Part shown: positions 45,612-56,234 of the stretch, piece after piece
Layout: the number at the start of each line of letters is the position of its first letter
Position numbering within the stretch: the stretch's first letter is position 1
DNA from: a virus
Taxonomy: Duplodnaviria > Heunggongvirae > Uroviricota > Caudoviricetes
Reading direction: 5' to 3' (one strand)
Length of the DNA: 64,000 nt
IMG/VR virus record: IMGVR_UViG_3300037454_000478
Coordinates: 58,449-122,448 of that record
Notes under the pieces: generated by a model
Seen by the model: only the letters and a program-made list of their open reading frames with translations
What the model was told of the DNA's origin: nothing
Database searches by the model: none
Position numbers and translations under genes: made by a program

Positions 45612-48065
45612 TTAAGGTCTATTTTCAAGTAAAAATGCAGAATTGATGTTGAACTCCTGTAGGTTTTCACCCTTGGTGTATTGGAGTTTAATATTATAAT
45701 AACCCGGTTTGAGTTTTGTAGTCTCCTGTGGCGTGATAAACCAACCCTGCATTCCACCATAATCTTCGATCTTAAAGGTCTTACGGGTGCTGACCTTGCC
45801 ATCATCCGGGCTTGGTTTGCTTGTAAGGTATGATTCAAATTGCTCGCCGGTGGATTTATTTTCAAATATCCAGTTACGAACCTTTATATCCCTACTATGT
45901 CCGAGATGAGGGGCTGCATATATGAGATCCATGGAACCTATGATACTGTTTGTGAGGGGGATCAATACATGCATGAATGGATGGAATTTGAAGCTATACA
46001 TGATATTTTCAAGCTCCACATTCCTATCATCATCGGCTATTTTCTTTATGAATGGACGTAGTGGATTTTCAACAGTCCCATAGTACCTACACACACCGAT
46101 AATCCTCATGTCCGGGATAGGGTCGCTCACAATCCATATATAATCATGTATGTTTGAGTTAAGTACCTCAAATATGGTTTCCCTATTTTTTGACGATACA
46201 TCGAGGGTCAATGAATCATTGAATTTCAATGTGGAAACATCTTCCGGTATATCGAATATAACGGTATGGTTCACATTCATCCAATCCCCATAGAAGGGTT
46301 GCAAGAATATGTTATGTTCCCGGTATTCATAATCTTCTTTATCATCAACGGCAGGATTGATTTGGAATGATTTGAACCAATTCAATCCGGCATCGAAGCT
46401 TGCATTCATGTTCGTTGGATAGAAGGTTTCCGCATCGTTGCGTTTCACCACCTTGTAGAGATTGACATGGTTATGGGTATTATCGTCAATTTCCACTTCC
46501 ACGGTATTTGTCCATGTATTACCGCAAAGTGTATCAAATTGGAAGGTGAGTGTGTAATGACCGGGGTTCATGAATCCAAGTTCAAATTCCGGCAAGAACA
46601 TCCAATTTGTTATACCAATGCCTTCGCGTACCGGTTTTTCCTCGCCGGTTTCCCTGTCAATATACGTTGGATATACTGGTTCTATCGGTACAAATGTGAC
46701 CACGGAACCGATTTCATCCTTGGTTCTCCACTGAAGGGTTTCCTTGTATATACGGTCATTTTCATTATAAGCCAATATCGGGTTATCTTCGGTAACCTTG
46801 AAATGAACAACACCATAAGTGCCACCCATGTGGTATTTGAATACTTCGCCGGACGTTGCGAATATTGTTCGATGTTCCTCACGGAGTTCCCCTTCAAAGC
46901 CAAACACCGGCCCATTGTCGATATAATTACTAAATAAGGTGTCCGAATATGCCCTGTTATTATGCTCCATCATTTTGACACGCTTATCATATACCATGTC
47001 AAAGGAATGTATATTACTGATGGTCGTATAATTATCGATACCTTCACCATGAAGGACTTTCATTGTATATGAAAACACCCAATGCTCGAGGGTTGAGTGA
47101 ATGGTATCTATGTGAATAGGTGTAAAATATGTCGAATAGAAGTTACCAAGTAGGGTCATTTTAAGGCAAAGGTCAATGAGTTGCCACTTGGTTATTGTTT
47201 TCTCAAGAACCGGATTGCTTTCATCATCATACTGGATTTGTCCATTCTCCATGTGTACCCTATCAAGTGCCATGTAGAGACCTATATACGTGGTCTTTGA
47301 ATTGTTAAGGAACTCCGTAATGAACTCATAATTGAGCTCATGATTAAGGTTGGTGAGAAAATATTCCTCCATACCTTCGTGGTGGCGTTTCCAAAATTCT
47401 TCGATACGGACGAGGTCTCCCCATTCAAACCATGCAAGGCTATTTTGGAGACTGTTATACGAACCTTTGTTGGCTACGATATCCCAGTAGTTCATTAATA
47501 GTTCCTTGTATTTGCGGTTCAATGTGATGTTATCATTTGATTCTTCATGAACATCGACATCATAGATGGCTTTTTGGATGGATTCCGGAATATGGACATC
47601 GAAATTGGCGAGATTTGTTTTAAGAACCTCGTTGTCTCCATAAAAATCCGCAGCAATCTCATATTCATGCTCACCATCGGCATCCGTGAGGTATAATGAA
47701 TCATGAATCTCACCGGCTTCCCTCGAGCTGGCGATGATATATATCATGTGAACATAAAAATTATTGTATGGGAATCCATTCGATGTGAAATTATCGGTCT
47801 TTAGATAATCAAGATTCATGTACAACTTTTCGTTGATGATTTCACCCTGGTCATCCGGATTATACACATCGGGGATATTTTGTCCCATATTAAGTAAGGC
47901 AAACGTATCCGATTCCACTCGGGCATGGACAATTCTGCTTGTGGATATGAAACAAATTTTGCGTACGTAGTTTAGGTTAACGGATTGGCCGTTTTCAAAC
48001 CAAAACACGTAAGGTTTGTCTCCATTAAATACTCTGCCATCTTTTATATCGACAAATTCTATCAT
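45612..48065 (-). CDS. large structural protein (tail fibre or baseplate component, 817 aa)
   Basis: Long ORF in the baseplate block. Confidence 0.65.
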   Translation of the reverse strand: MIEFVDIKDGRVFNGDKPYVFWFENGQSVNLNYVRKICFISTSRIVHARVESDTFALLNMGQNIPDVYNPDDQGEIINEKLYMNLDYLKTDNFTSNGFPYNNFYVHMIYIIASSREAGEIHDSLYLTDADGEHEYEIAADFYGDNEVLKTNLANFDVHIPESIQKAIYDVDVHEESNDNITLNRKYKELLMNYWDIVANKGSYNSLQNSLAWFEWGDLVRIEEFWKRHHEGMEEYFLTNLNHELNYEFITEFLNNSKTTYIGLYMALDRVHMENGQIQYDDESNPVLEKTITKWQLIDLCLKMTLLGNFYSTYFTPIHIDTIHSTLEHWVFSYTMKVLHGEGIDNYTTISNIHSFDMVYDKRVKMMEHNNRAYSDTLFSNYIDNGPVFGFEGELREEHRTIFATSGEVFKYHMGGTYGVVHFKVTEDNPILAYNENDRIYKETLQWRTKDEIGSVVTFVPIEPVYPTYIDRETGEEKPVREGIGITNWMFLPEFELGFMNPGHYTLTFQFDTLCGNTWTNTVEVEIDDNTHNHVNLYKVVKRNDAETFYPTNMNASFDAGLNWFKSFQINPAVDDKEDYEYREHNIFLQPFYGDWMNVNHTVIFDIPEDVSTLKFNDSLTLDVSSKNRETIFEVLNSNIHDYIWIVSDPIPDMRIIGVCRYYGTVENPLRPFIKKIADDDRNVELENIMYSFKFHPFMHVLIPLTNSIIGSMDLIYAAPHLGHSRDIKVRNWIFENKSTGEQFESYLTSKPSPDDGKVSTRKTFKIEDYGGMQGWFITPQETTKLKPGYYNIKLQYTKGENLQEFNINSAFLLENRP

Positions 48066-48081
48066 GTTTTATGATTTTTTC

Positions 48082-48843
48082 TTACCAATCAAAGTATACG
48101 ACTCTTCCATCCTTTGTTTCGCCTATATTGGCGAGGCAGAAATCACCGAAGTTGCCGGATATATTATACCCTATTGATTTTAGTTCCTCACGGCAGGTGA
48201 CGAGCCATTCAATTGTTTGTTTCTGTTCCTTGGAAATCGATTCGTTTTGGAGGGCTTCAGCTTCACGATGTTGGGCCACCATGCATTCCAACGACAATAA
48301 CCCTTTACCGACATGTGAGCGGCATAGTGTATAAAAATCCTTAACTTTTTTTGTATATACATCGATAGCCTCACGAATGATGTAACTATCCGTAACCTTA
48401 TATACATCCGGCAAGGTTGTGAAGTGTTTACCCTTCATACGGCGGAACTGATTGATGGTTTCATCCCGGTTCCCCACGAAATTGGTATCGAATATCACTT
48501 TTATAACTCGATTATTACCGATATCATACACCATGCCTTCACCACCGGCACCAAGAATACGTTTGATTCTATCCACTGGCTGTTTCCTAATCATATCAAG
48601 GAATTTTCGACAGGTTTCATCGGTAACTTTACCACCCATACCGGATTTCGAATAAAAGTATGCCGAAAGAATGGCATCCAGCGTGTTTGTACTCATATTT
48701 GGTGGACAAAGCCCGGCCAAAAGCTCCTCATCAAACTCATCATCATCCATCAGGCCGGTGAACAATACCCTGACTTCTTCAATACCGAACTCGGGGTTGA
48801 GATACTCACGGGATTCCAATATATATTCGAACAATGTTTTCAT
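48082..48843 (-). CDS. protein kinase-like fold protein (APH/ChoK-like)
   Basis: Gly-rich loop ILGAGGEGMVYDIG plus VIKVI. C-terminal LANIGETKDGRVVYFDW resembles the HGDLHPGN...IDxE region of PKL kinases. Confidence 0.5.
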   Translation of the reverse strand: MKTLFEYILESREYLNPEFGIEEVRVLFTGLMDDDEFDEELLAGLCPPNMSTNTLDAILSAYFYSKSGMGGKVTDETCRKFLDMIRKQPVDRIKRILGAGGEGMVYDIGNNRVIKVIFDTNFVGNRDETINQFRRMKGKHFTTLPDVYKVTDSYIIREAIDVYTKKVKDFYTLCRSHVGKGLLSLECMVAQHREAEALQNESISKEQKQTIEWLVTCREELKSIGYNISGNFGDFCLANIGETKDGRVVYFDW

Positions 48844-48861
48844 TATCCAGCGGGATTTTAT

Positions 48862-50550
48862 TTATTCGTAAATTATGGTTAACGGATCAGTGACCGTGGT
48901 GAAGGTGACGGGGTCACCATCGGCGGAGCTGATGAACGACCATCCACCCATCAATACCGGGAACTGGTCAGTATTGTCGAGGTATATATTACCATGACTA
49001 TCAAGACCTATATTTGGATTTTCACCATCATATAGATATACCGTTTCCTTCTTAATGTCATAAGTACAACGGGAAGGATCATAGTTATAGGTCTTGTTCA
49101 CATAATAGTGATTTTTAAGGGCCTGTTCATTACGGTCGGAGATGAAGTATATGTTGACACCATCAATCGCATCGATTTCATCCTTCAAAAGGTGGATGAT
49201 ATCCGATTTCGGGATAAATATATCCGATTTGATATCGGCAAAGAAACTACCAATGAGTTTACGGATTTGATTTGAAATATATGGAGTATCGTATGTGGTG
49301 TTCTTGAGTTTGACATATACGTACATGGCATATTTGGCTATCTCCGGGTCAAACACATTGAATACCGCACCGGCAAGTTGTTGGCCGGTCTTATTGATAT
49401 GGGATACGATGGATTGTTTTTGTTGTTTGGAAAGGAAAAAGTCGCTTTCCTTGAGTTTGAAGTAATCCAACCCATCCGACATCTTGATTTTGAAATTGGC
49501 CAACACAAGGCTGTTGATGATAAGCGAACCCGGCTCGCTCCATGTACGGTTATATCCACAGAAGGAGAAACGATTGAGGTATTGCTTATAGTTCTTGGGA
49601 TCTGCCAATACGAGGGAACGACTATTCAAACCAATCATATTACGGACGGTTTCGATATCCTCGGAATTGGTGCCACTGTTTACATTATCATTATCACAAA
49701 GGGCAATGTTCAAAATGGAATTACCATCAATATCATTACCAAGGGTATCGTACAAGGAATCGTTAAACTTGAAGGATGCATTGGATCCGCTCGATATGTT
49801 TCCATTTTCACCATTATGGAGGAGGTAGGTTACTTTTATATCGTCCTCATTTTCAAGAGCTTTACCGTATTGCCCATTACCGAATATGATGTCAATACCT
49901 TTTTTCAATGATACCCGGACTGTATATTCATGGCTTTCCGGATCCATGTCGTATAAGCTTTCTCTCCTCTCCCATATCTCATTGTTCACCATAACCTCAA
50001 GGTAATCAAGGTCACAATCACCCTGGAATGGGACATTGATCGTATACAACTCACCACCGGCGGCATGGAATGTTTGACTTTCGAATTTACCTTCAACAAT
50101 GGTAAGGTACTTTGTGGTATTGTCCATACGAGGTGAAAGTATAATAGCCTCTTGTGGTAAAATGATGTTGTATGTCGATCCATTTTGTTCGCAATTCAAT
50201 GTGGTACGGTTGCGAATAACAACATCACTATATTGGTTATTGCTGGGCATAAACGATACGGCAACGGTACATGATGTGGCCGTACCGAGTGATGGCTGAT
50301 ACCCGGAAATTGATGCGAGGTTGTAGATGGAACGCTTACGGGTGGCCGTATACTTGTTTTGTTCCGTTAAACTATCCTCAATATATGAAAGGATATTTTG
50401 AACGGCTGCGCTAACCACGGTGATCAATTGTCCAAAAATGGAACTATTTGTATATTTGTATGATAATCCATTAAGCACGGTCGAAAGGTAATCTCGAACA
50501 GCTTTTTCGAATTTATCATATTGCATTTGTATCATTGAAAATAATTTCAT
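48862..50550 (-). CDS. baseplate protein (gpJ/gp6-like by position)
   Basis: 562-aa ORF immediately downstream of the gp25-like gene. Confidence 0.55.
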   Translation of the reverse strand: MKLFSMIQMQYDKFEKAVRDYLSTVLNGLSYKYTNSSIFGQLITVVSAAVQNILSYIEDSLTEQNKYTATRKRSIYNLASISGYQPSLGTATSCTVAVSFMPSNNQYSDVVIRNRTTLNCEQNGSTYNIILPQEAIILSPRMDNTTKYLTIVEGKFESQTFHAAGGELYTINVPFQGDCDLDYLEVMVNNEIWERRESLYDMDPESHEYTVRVSLKKGIDIIFGNGQYGKALENEDDIKVTYLLHNGENGNISSGSNASFKFNDSLYDTLGNDIDGNSILNIALCDNDNVNSGTNSEDIETVRNMIGLNSRSLVLADPKNYKQYLNRFSFCGYNRTWSEPGSLIINSLVLANFKIKMSDGLDYFKLKESDFFLSKQQKQSIVSHINKTGQQLAGAVFNVFDPEIAKYAMYVYVKLKNTTYDTPYISNQIRKLIGSFFADIKSDIFIPKSDIIHLLKDEIDAIDGVNIYFISDRNEQALKNHYYVNKTYNYDPSRCTYDIKKETVYLYDGENPNIGLDSHGNIYLDNTDQFPVLMGGWSFISSADGDPVTFTTVTDPLTIIYE

Positions 50551-50566
50551 ATCCTATGTTTGTTTT

Positions 50567-50929
50567 TTAGATATAATTCACGGCACCCTGTGATACCTTA
50601 TATATTTTGGAGTATGATTCAGTTTCCTTTGAGAATGTGACCTTCATGAGCATGATATCATGTTGGGTACCGGCAAGGAACTCGACATTTACAGTTACTG
50701 TCCAGCCAAACAACTCCACATTTTGCTCGATATAGTGTTTCACCTCATTTTCGACAGTTTTATTACCGATGTTGGGATTGAAAAGGTACGTATCGAAACG
50801 GGTACCAAAATCGTATGCCCCAAGAACATCGCCACAACGGGTGTCGAAAAGCATCTCTATCTGTTGGATGATAAGGTCAACATCCTGATCGAGAACGATC
50901 GCGTCCAATGTACTACAAAAATCAATCAT
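50567..50929 (-). CDS. baseplate wedge protein, gp25/GPW-like
   Basis: 120 aa; LFDTRCGDVLGAYDFGTRFDTYLF matches the gp25 family motif LxTRxGERxxxPxFG. Confidence 0.55.
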   Translation of the reverse strand: MIDFCSTLDAIVLDQDVDLIIQQIEMLFDTRCGDVLGAYDFGTRFDTYLFNPNIGNKTVENEVKHYIEQNVELFGWTVTVNVEFLAGTQHDIMLMKVTFSKETESYSKIYKVSQGAVNYI

Positions 50930-50931
50930 TG

Positions 50932-52542
50932 TTATTGTTCATATTTATAATGGGCTGTTGTAACCAACCCGAAATTTTCATCGAGTATATACGCTATACC
51001 TTCGGTCGCGGCATTTGGTAGAAGGTTACCATCAATGCAGAATACGATGGATGCCGGCGTGCGTCCGATTTCAATGAAATCAACCCCTTCGATGCGTAGG
51101 TGAAATACACCCACTTTCGATTTGTACTTATTAAGGTTGAGCGCAATGTTTTCGGATACTGCCGGGTGAATGGTAATGTCGCCAAGGGGTTCCGTGCGGA
51201 TAAACACAGGACGTATGATATTTGATTTATAATCTTCGGGCCTATTGATTTTCACAACCTCTTTGTGGATTTTATTGACCACACTTACTTCATAGTTATT
51301 CATATCTACTAAATCAAGATTTATTCTTTTGCCATGACGCATATTAGCGCTCGTTGGGACAAGGAACTTGTATGTTTCCTTATTGAGGGGAATCTCATTG
51401 GTTACGAGATCAACAACCGGCAAGGTCGTGACGCGAAGTTTCTCCTGATCATTTTTGTAATCCTCCGGGAGACCGCTAACATCGTATATCTCAACACTAC
51501 CTTGAAGAATAAGTCCATCTTTATACCAATCCCATGGTTTTTCTATGATGGATTTGTTGAATTTATGTTCATTGACGGAACTGGTAAGCCATGTTTTTTC
51601 AAAATAAACATTCTCCTTGTCGCGGATGATCAACTCAAAAATCATGCGGTTTTCCCTTGGAACCGGCATGTCAAACTCGTCCTTAATAATATGACCCTCA
51701 TCATCAACTTCCCACATCCCATATGTTTCCGCGAGGTATAAATCAAGGTCTTCTTCGTACACATCATTAAATCCTAATGAAATATTCGCATCACCATCGA
51801 AATTAAGATCTGCATGGAAGAAATCCATTAGTTTGTTTCCAAACGGCATACTTGTTATGCCACCTGTAAATTCCGAGGAACGTATGTAATAATTTCCTTC
51901 ATCACTCAAAATGACCGGGTCAAGATCAATATGTATCAAGGAGCCGGTGTTATTGATGTTTTCCGTTTCACCACAAATTTGCGTACGGAAACCAATCCAT
52001 TCGTCATTATAGGTGATGGAAATAGGATCCAATATATTGAAATCGACACAGAGCTGGAAATCATCCATCTTATAACGAACTTTCCCGTTAGTGGCGCGCG
52101 AACTACCAAGGTCAAAAAGATAACTTCCGAGCACCACCTTTACTCCAGCAATGTATATGTATGCAGTGATGATGTATTGGATGCCGGAAAGACTCATCTC
52201 ATGATCCTCGCCAAACTCCTTGTCATAAAAAGATTCCATCGAATAACGAGGAATAAATAACGTTATTTGGCGTTGTTGAACCGTACGCGGGATGTAATAG
52301 TTTGAAAATATCCGGGTTTCCGGAACCCATATGTTCGTATTACTACGGACAACATTATGGATATAGTTATTTTCGAAATTATCAATCAATCGTTGGTTAC
52401 GGATAAAATGTATCTCATTACCAGCGGTCATGTACGAATATTCACCATGGGTAACATCGATGATGCCGGTATCATGAAACTCCACCATGTAGTGAAGTTT
52501 CTTCGTACCATGCATAATATTTATGTGTGAACGCTGTTTCAT
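50932..52542 (-). CDS. baseplate/tail structural protein (536 aa)
   Basis: Long ORF at the head of the minus-strand operon. Confidence 0.6.
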   Translation of the reverse strand: MKQRSHINIMHGTKKLHYMVEFHDTGIIDVTHGEYSYMTAGNEIHFIRNQRLIDNFENNYIHNVVRSNTNIWVPETRIFSNYYIPRTVQQRQITLFIPRYSMESFYDKEFGEDHEMSLSGIQYIITAYIYIAGVKVVLGSYLFDLGSSRATNGKVRYKMDDFQLCVDFNILDPISITYNDEWIGFRTQICGETENINNTGSLIHIDLDPVILSDEGNYYIRSSEFTGGITSMPFGNKLMDFFHADLNFDGDANISLGFNDVYEEDLDLYLAETYGMWEVDDEGHIIKDEFDMPVPRENRMIFELIIRDKENVYFEKTWLTSSVNEHKFNKSIIEKPWDWYKDGLILQGSVEIYDVSGLPEDYKNDQEKLRVTTLPVVDLVTNEIPLNKETYKFLVPTSANMRHGKRINLDLVDMNNYEVSVVNKIHKEVVKINRPEDYKSNIIRPVFIRTEPLGDITIHPAVSENIALNLNKYKSKVGVFHLRIEGVDFIEIGRTPASIVFCIDGNLLPNAATEGIAYILDENFGLVTTAHYKYEQ

Positions 52543-52664
52543 GTATTCGATAATGTATCATTATAAATATAATAATTATATCACAAACACTTTCTTATCA
52601 ATCATTTTAATTTTCGGTTAGGTTTCATATATTACCATGATTTATAGTCAAAACGGGTATTTAT

Positions 52665-55625
52665 ATGATATTAGACTACGAATATTCACGGGATAAAAAG
52701 CAATTTAGCATATCCTTCATCAAGCCGGATGGCAATAAGGAGGTAATGCACTTTGATAACATTCAAAAGTTCCTCACCTATTACTACACGCCCGAGGGAC
52801 GTTTCAATACATGGAATGAGGCCAAGTGTGATACCAAGTATACTTACAATCCAAGTAAGTTTGATATCAAGGAGTTTATTTATAACCTTGCACCGGAAAT
52901 TCAGGAGAAATTGGATGGTAAAACCTTCCCTAAACTTTATACGTTCGATATTGAAACCCGATTAAAATCGGGCCCTCACGGGGAGATTGGTTTGGGTGAT
53001 TTCACAGATCCTACCGTGGCGGATGAGCCTATCCACTGTATCTCGTTGGTTTCGCCGAATTTGAACAGTGTGGTTATGGGCGATAAACCATTGAGCGAGA
53101 AACAAATCCAATGGGTTGCCGACCAGTTCTACGCATATCTTGATAGTATTCCTTTTTATCGCACATTAGGCATTCCAAAGCCTCAATTCAAGTATGTGTA
53201 CTTTGACAGCGAGGAGCGAATGATTCGGTTTTTCCTTGAGAATGTTATTGCCAAGGTACCGATCCTTGCCGGTTGGAACTCCATCGGATACGACTGGTGT
53301 TACATCACAAGTCGTATCAAAAACTTCTACCCCAACCTGTCCGTGGCAATGGGTTCCCATACTCATACGGTGAATTATTCCAATTACACCAACATCAAAG
53401 GTGAGACCATCAAACTTCCATATCCTACCCACACACTTATCCTTGATATGATGGATATCATTGACAAGGAGGACACGCAGGTGTTGCCTACGAAGGAGTC
53501 AATGAACCTTGACTATATATCCGGTGAAGCATTGGGGGCCAATAAGGTCGAGTATGATGGTAACCTTGAGGAACTTTATATCAACGACTTTCCTCGTTAC
53601 GTATTTTACAACTTGATCGATAGTATCCTCGTCCAGTTGAACGATAAGAAGTTCAAAACGATGGATCACATTTACATGTATTCCTTGTATGCCAAGGAGC
53701 GTATCGGTCAGTGTTTTAGTAAAATCGCCCTCACGGAGTCATTGATTCTCAAGCACTTCCGTTCCACAAACACAAAGATTGTTTGGGAACCAAAAGAACA
53801 GGTGGAACGTGGACGATTGGTCGGAGCGTATGTGAAGATGCCGGTTGCCGGATTGTGGGAGCTGGTATGCTGTAATGACTTTTCCGGCCTATATCCAACG
53901 ACCGGTATTGTAACTAACATCTCATTCGATAACTTCGTTGGAACCTTCTATGACGAGGAGAAACTTGCCCCGTATCGTAGAGACCCGGAAAATTACATTG
54001 TGGTGTGTGCAAGTGTATACAAAAACAAAGGCACACTCGCAAAACCAAAACTTGGAGATTTCATTGTCCAGTATCTTGACGAGGAGAAACTCGCTCCGTA
54101 TCGTGCGGATAAAAATTATTTTGTATCCATCAACGGGCACGTATACAAAAACGATAAGGACTATACCCTTAAACAGGTATGGAACAATCTTCGTTTGGAA
54201 CGTAAGTATAGTAAATACCTCTCCAAGAAACTTGACGCCCATATCAGTAATGATATTGCCCATATCCTTCGTTGCTACAGTGAAAATGGTAACCTTGACA
54301 AACTTCATCATGATGTACTCAATACATATACCGATGATGAAATCACCAAGCTCAAGGAGATGGGTTATAACTTCACCTGTGGTGAAGACCTTGTGGGCTT
54401 GTCGGAAGCAGATCTTAAAGAGCTTTCCCGTATAATCAAGGAGGAAATCACTTATCTTTCCAACCTTGAGCAGGCCATCAAGCTCATGATGAATAGTATA
54501 TACGGTGGTACCTCCCATCAGGCATTCTATTGGTTCAATATTGCCCTTGCCAACGATGTTACCGGTGAAGGTCGTAACCTCACCCACCACATGGAACGTC
54601 ACCTCAATGAGTTTTGGCGCGATGCATGGCAGACCAACCCGGAACTTAAGAAAATTCAGGATGAACTTGGTATTAAACTCAAGCCCAAAGAGGTCATTGA
54701 TCAGATTCTTGCCAATTCACATGATAACTCCTTGGTCACCTGCGTGTATGGAGATACCGACTCATTGTACCTTTCATACAAAGACCTCATTGATACCATT
54801 GAAGGTTCGGAGAGCATGACGCTTGATGAGAAACTTAAAATCATCCTCAAGATCAACACCGAGTTCCTTGACAAACATAACAAGGAGCACATCCGGGATT
54901 ATTTCCTCTCGCGTAATGTCCGTCCTAATACTGCCGACCTTGAAGATTTCGAGTTGGAAACCGTCAATAAACGTGGTGTTTGGCTCCATGAAACGAAAAA
55001 ACGTTATGGTCAAATCCTCCTTTGGAAAGAAGGTAAATTCTATGACATTGATGACCTACCTATTAAGGTCAAAGGCCTTGAGGTTATCAAATCCTCATAC
55101 CCAACCATCGCCCGTAAACAACTCAAACAAATGCTTCGCTTCTTATTGGAATATGACGGTAAGTACCTCACACAGGAACTTAACCTTATGTCACAAAAGT
55201 TCCTCAAGGAGTTCGAGGAGGCGGATGTTGATATGATTAGTGGTAACCTTCGTGTGAATGGATACTTGCAAAAAGTCGTTCAGGACACCGATCCTAACGG
55301 ATTCACAACCGTTCCTAAAGCACCGTTTAATGTCAAGGCATTGGCGATGTATAATTGGCTTAATAATATCCACCATCTCGGTAGTGAACCGATTTATGGC
55401 GGTAAACTCAAGTACTATACCATGAAAGGCTCCAGTGAGAAAAATGGCGACATTTACTTTGCATATGAGGGCACAAAACACCCGAAATGGGCGGAAAAAT
55501 ATGCACCGATTGATCCAAGACGTATGTATCAAAAGTTTGTGCTTGACCCAATCAACAGAATCCTCTCAAGTGCAAGTATGCCATTACTACGGGCAGATGG
55601 AAGTATTCAGTTGGATCTATTTTAA
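52665..55625 (+). CDS. family B DNA polymerase
   Basis: Exo I YTFDIETR; Pol C motif CVYGDTDSLYLSY; KKRYG. Confidence 0.9.
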   Translation: MILDYEYSRDKKQFSISFIKPDGNKEVMHFDNIQKFLTYYYTPEGRFNTWNEAKCDTKYTYNPSKFDIKEFIYNLAPEIQEKLDGKTFPKLYTFDIETRLKSGPHGEIGLGDFTDPTVADEPIHCISLVSPNLNSVVMGDKPLSEKQIQWVADQFYAYLDSIPFYRTLGIPKPQFKYVYFDSEERMIRFFLENVIAKVPILAGWNSIGYDWCYITSRIKNFYPNLSVAMGSHTHTVNYSNYTNIKGETIKLPYPTHTLILDMMDIIDKEDTQVLPTKESMNLDYISGEALGANKVEYDGNLEELYINDFPRYVFYNLIDSILVQLNDKKFKTMDHIYMYSLYAKERIGQCFSKIALTESLILKHFRSTNTKIVWEPKEQVERGRLVGAYVKMPVAGLWELVCCNDFSGLYPTTGIVTNISFDNFVGTFYDEEKLAPYRRDPENYIVVCASVYKNKGTLAKPKLGDFIVQYLDEEKLAPYRADKNYFVSINGHVYKNDKDYTLKQVWNNLRLERKYSKYLSKKLDAHISNDIAHILRCYSENGNLDKLHHDVLNTYTDDEITKLKEMGYNFTCGEDLVGLSEADLKELSRIIKEEITYLSNLEQAIKLMMNSIYGGTSHQAFYWFNIALANDVTGEGRNLTHHMERHLNEFWRDAWQTNPELKKIQDELGIKLKPKEVIDQILANSHDNSLVTCVYGDTDSLYLSYKDLIDTIEGSESMTLDEKLKIILKINTEFLDKHNKEHIRDYFLSRNVRPNTADLEDFELETVNKRGVWLHETKKRYGQILLWKEGKFYDIDDLPIKVKGLEVIKSSYPTIARKQLKQMLRFLLEYDGKYLTQELNLMSQKFLKEFEEADVDMISGNLRVNGYLQKVVQDTDPNGFTTVPKAPFNVKALAMYNWLNNIHHLGSEPIYGGKLKYYTMKGSSEKNGDIYFAYEGTKHPKWAEKYAPIDPRRMYQKFVLDPINRILSSASMPLLRADGSIQLDLF

Positions 55626-55670
55626 AACAGTTGAAAAACGTATATATTCAGTAAATAAACCACATTAGTT

Positions 55671-56228
55671 ATGCAACTTACAGGTAAGGAAATCGTACAG
55701 GAAAACATTATCACCGGATATGTTCCCGAGGCAATTCAGCAACAGGGTATTGACCTTCGTTTAATGGAGGTTCGTGAATTTGGCCACGTTAACGAGCAAA
55801 CCAAGGTATGGGAACAAAACTTCCACCTTGATTGTATCGGAATCATCCCCACCGAAGGTAAAACCACCCTTCCAAAGTCACGAGTTGTTGAAAAAGGACT
55901 ATATGCCGATATGTCCGGTTGGAAGCTCAAACCCGGCTATTACGAGGTCATCTTTGAAGAGGGCTGCGTTATGCCTAAAGACAGAGTCATGGTGTTTATC
56001 ACCCGTTCAAGCGGCGTCCGTTGTGGTGTTGAGATCATCTGCGGCCAGTTCGATGCCGGATTTAAGACCGAACATATGGGTTGCTTTATGCGTGTCCACG
56101 AGCATGTGTTCATCGGAGATCACGCCCGCATCGCCCAAACCCGTATCACCAAGACCGCTCCGGTTGACGAGGACAAGGTATATAACGGCCAATGGCAAGG
56201 TGACAAGCAACGTGCTGAACAAAAGTAA
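55671..56228 (+). CDS. dCTP deaminase / dUTPase-fold protein
   Basis: N-terminal MQLTGKEI...GIDLRL and SSGVRCGVEI resemble Dcd MRLCDRDI...VDVRL and SSLARLGL. Confidence 0.65.
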   Translation: MQLTGKEIVQENIITGYVPEAIQQQGIDLRLMEVREFGHVNEQTKVWEQNFHLDCIGIIPTEGKTTLPKSRVVEKGLYADMSGWKLKPGYYEVIFEEGCVMPKDRVMVFITRSSGVRCGVEIICGQFDAGFKTEHMGCFMRVHEHVFIGDHARIAQTRITKTAPVDEDKVYNGQWQGDKQRAEQK

Positions 56229-56234
56229 CCGATT

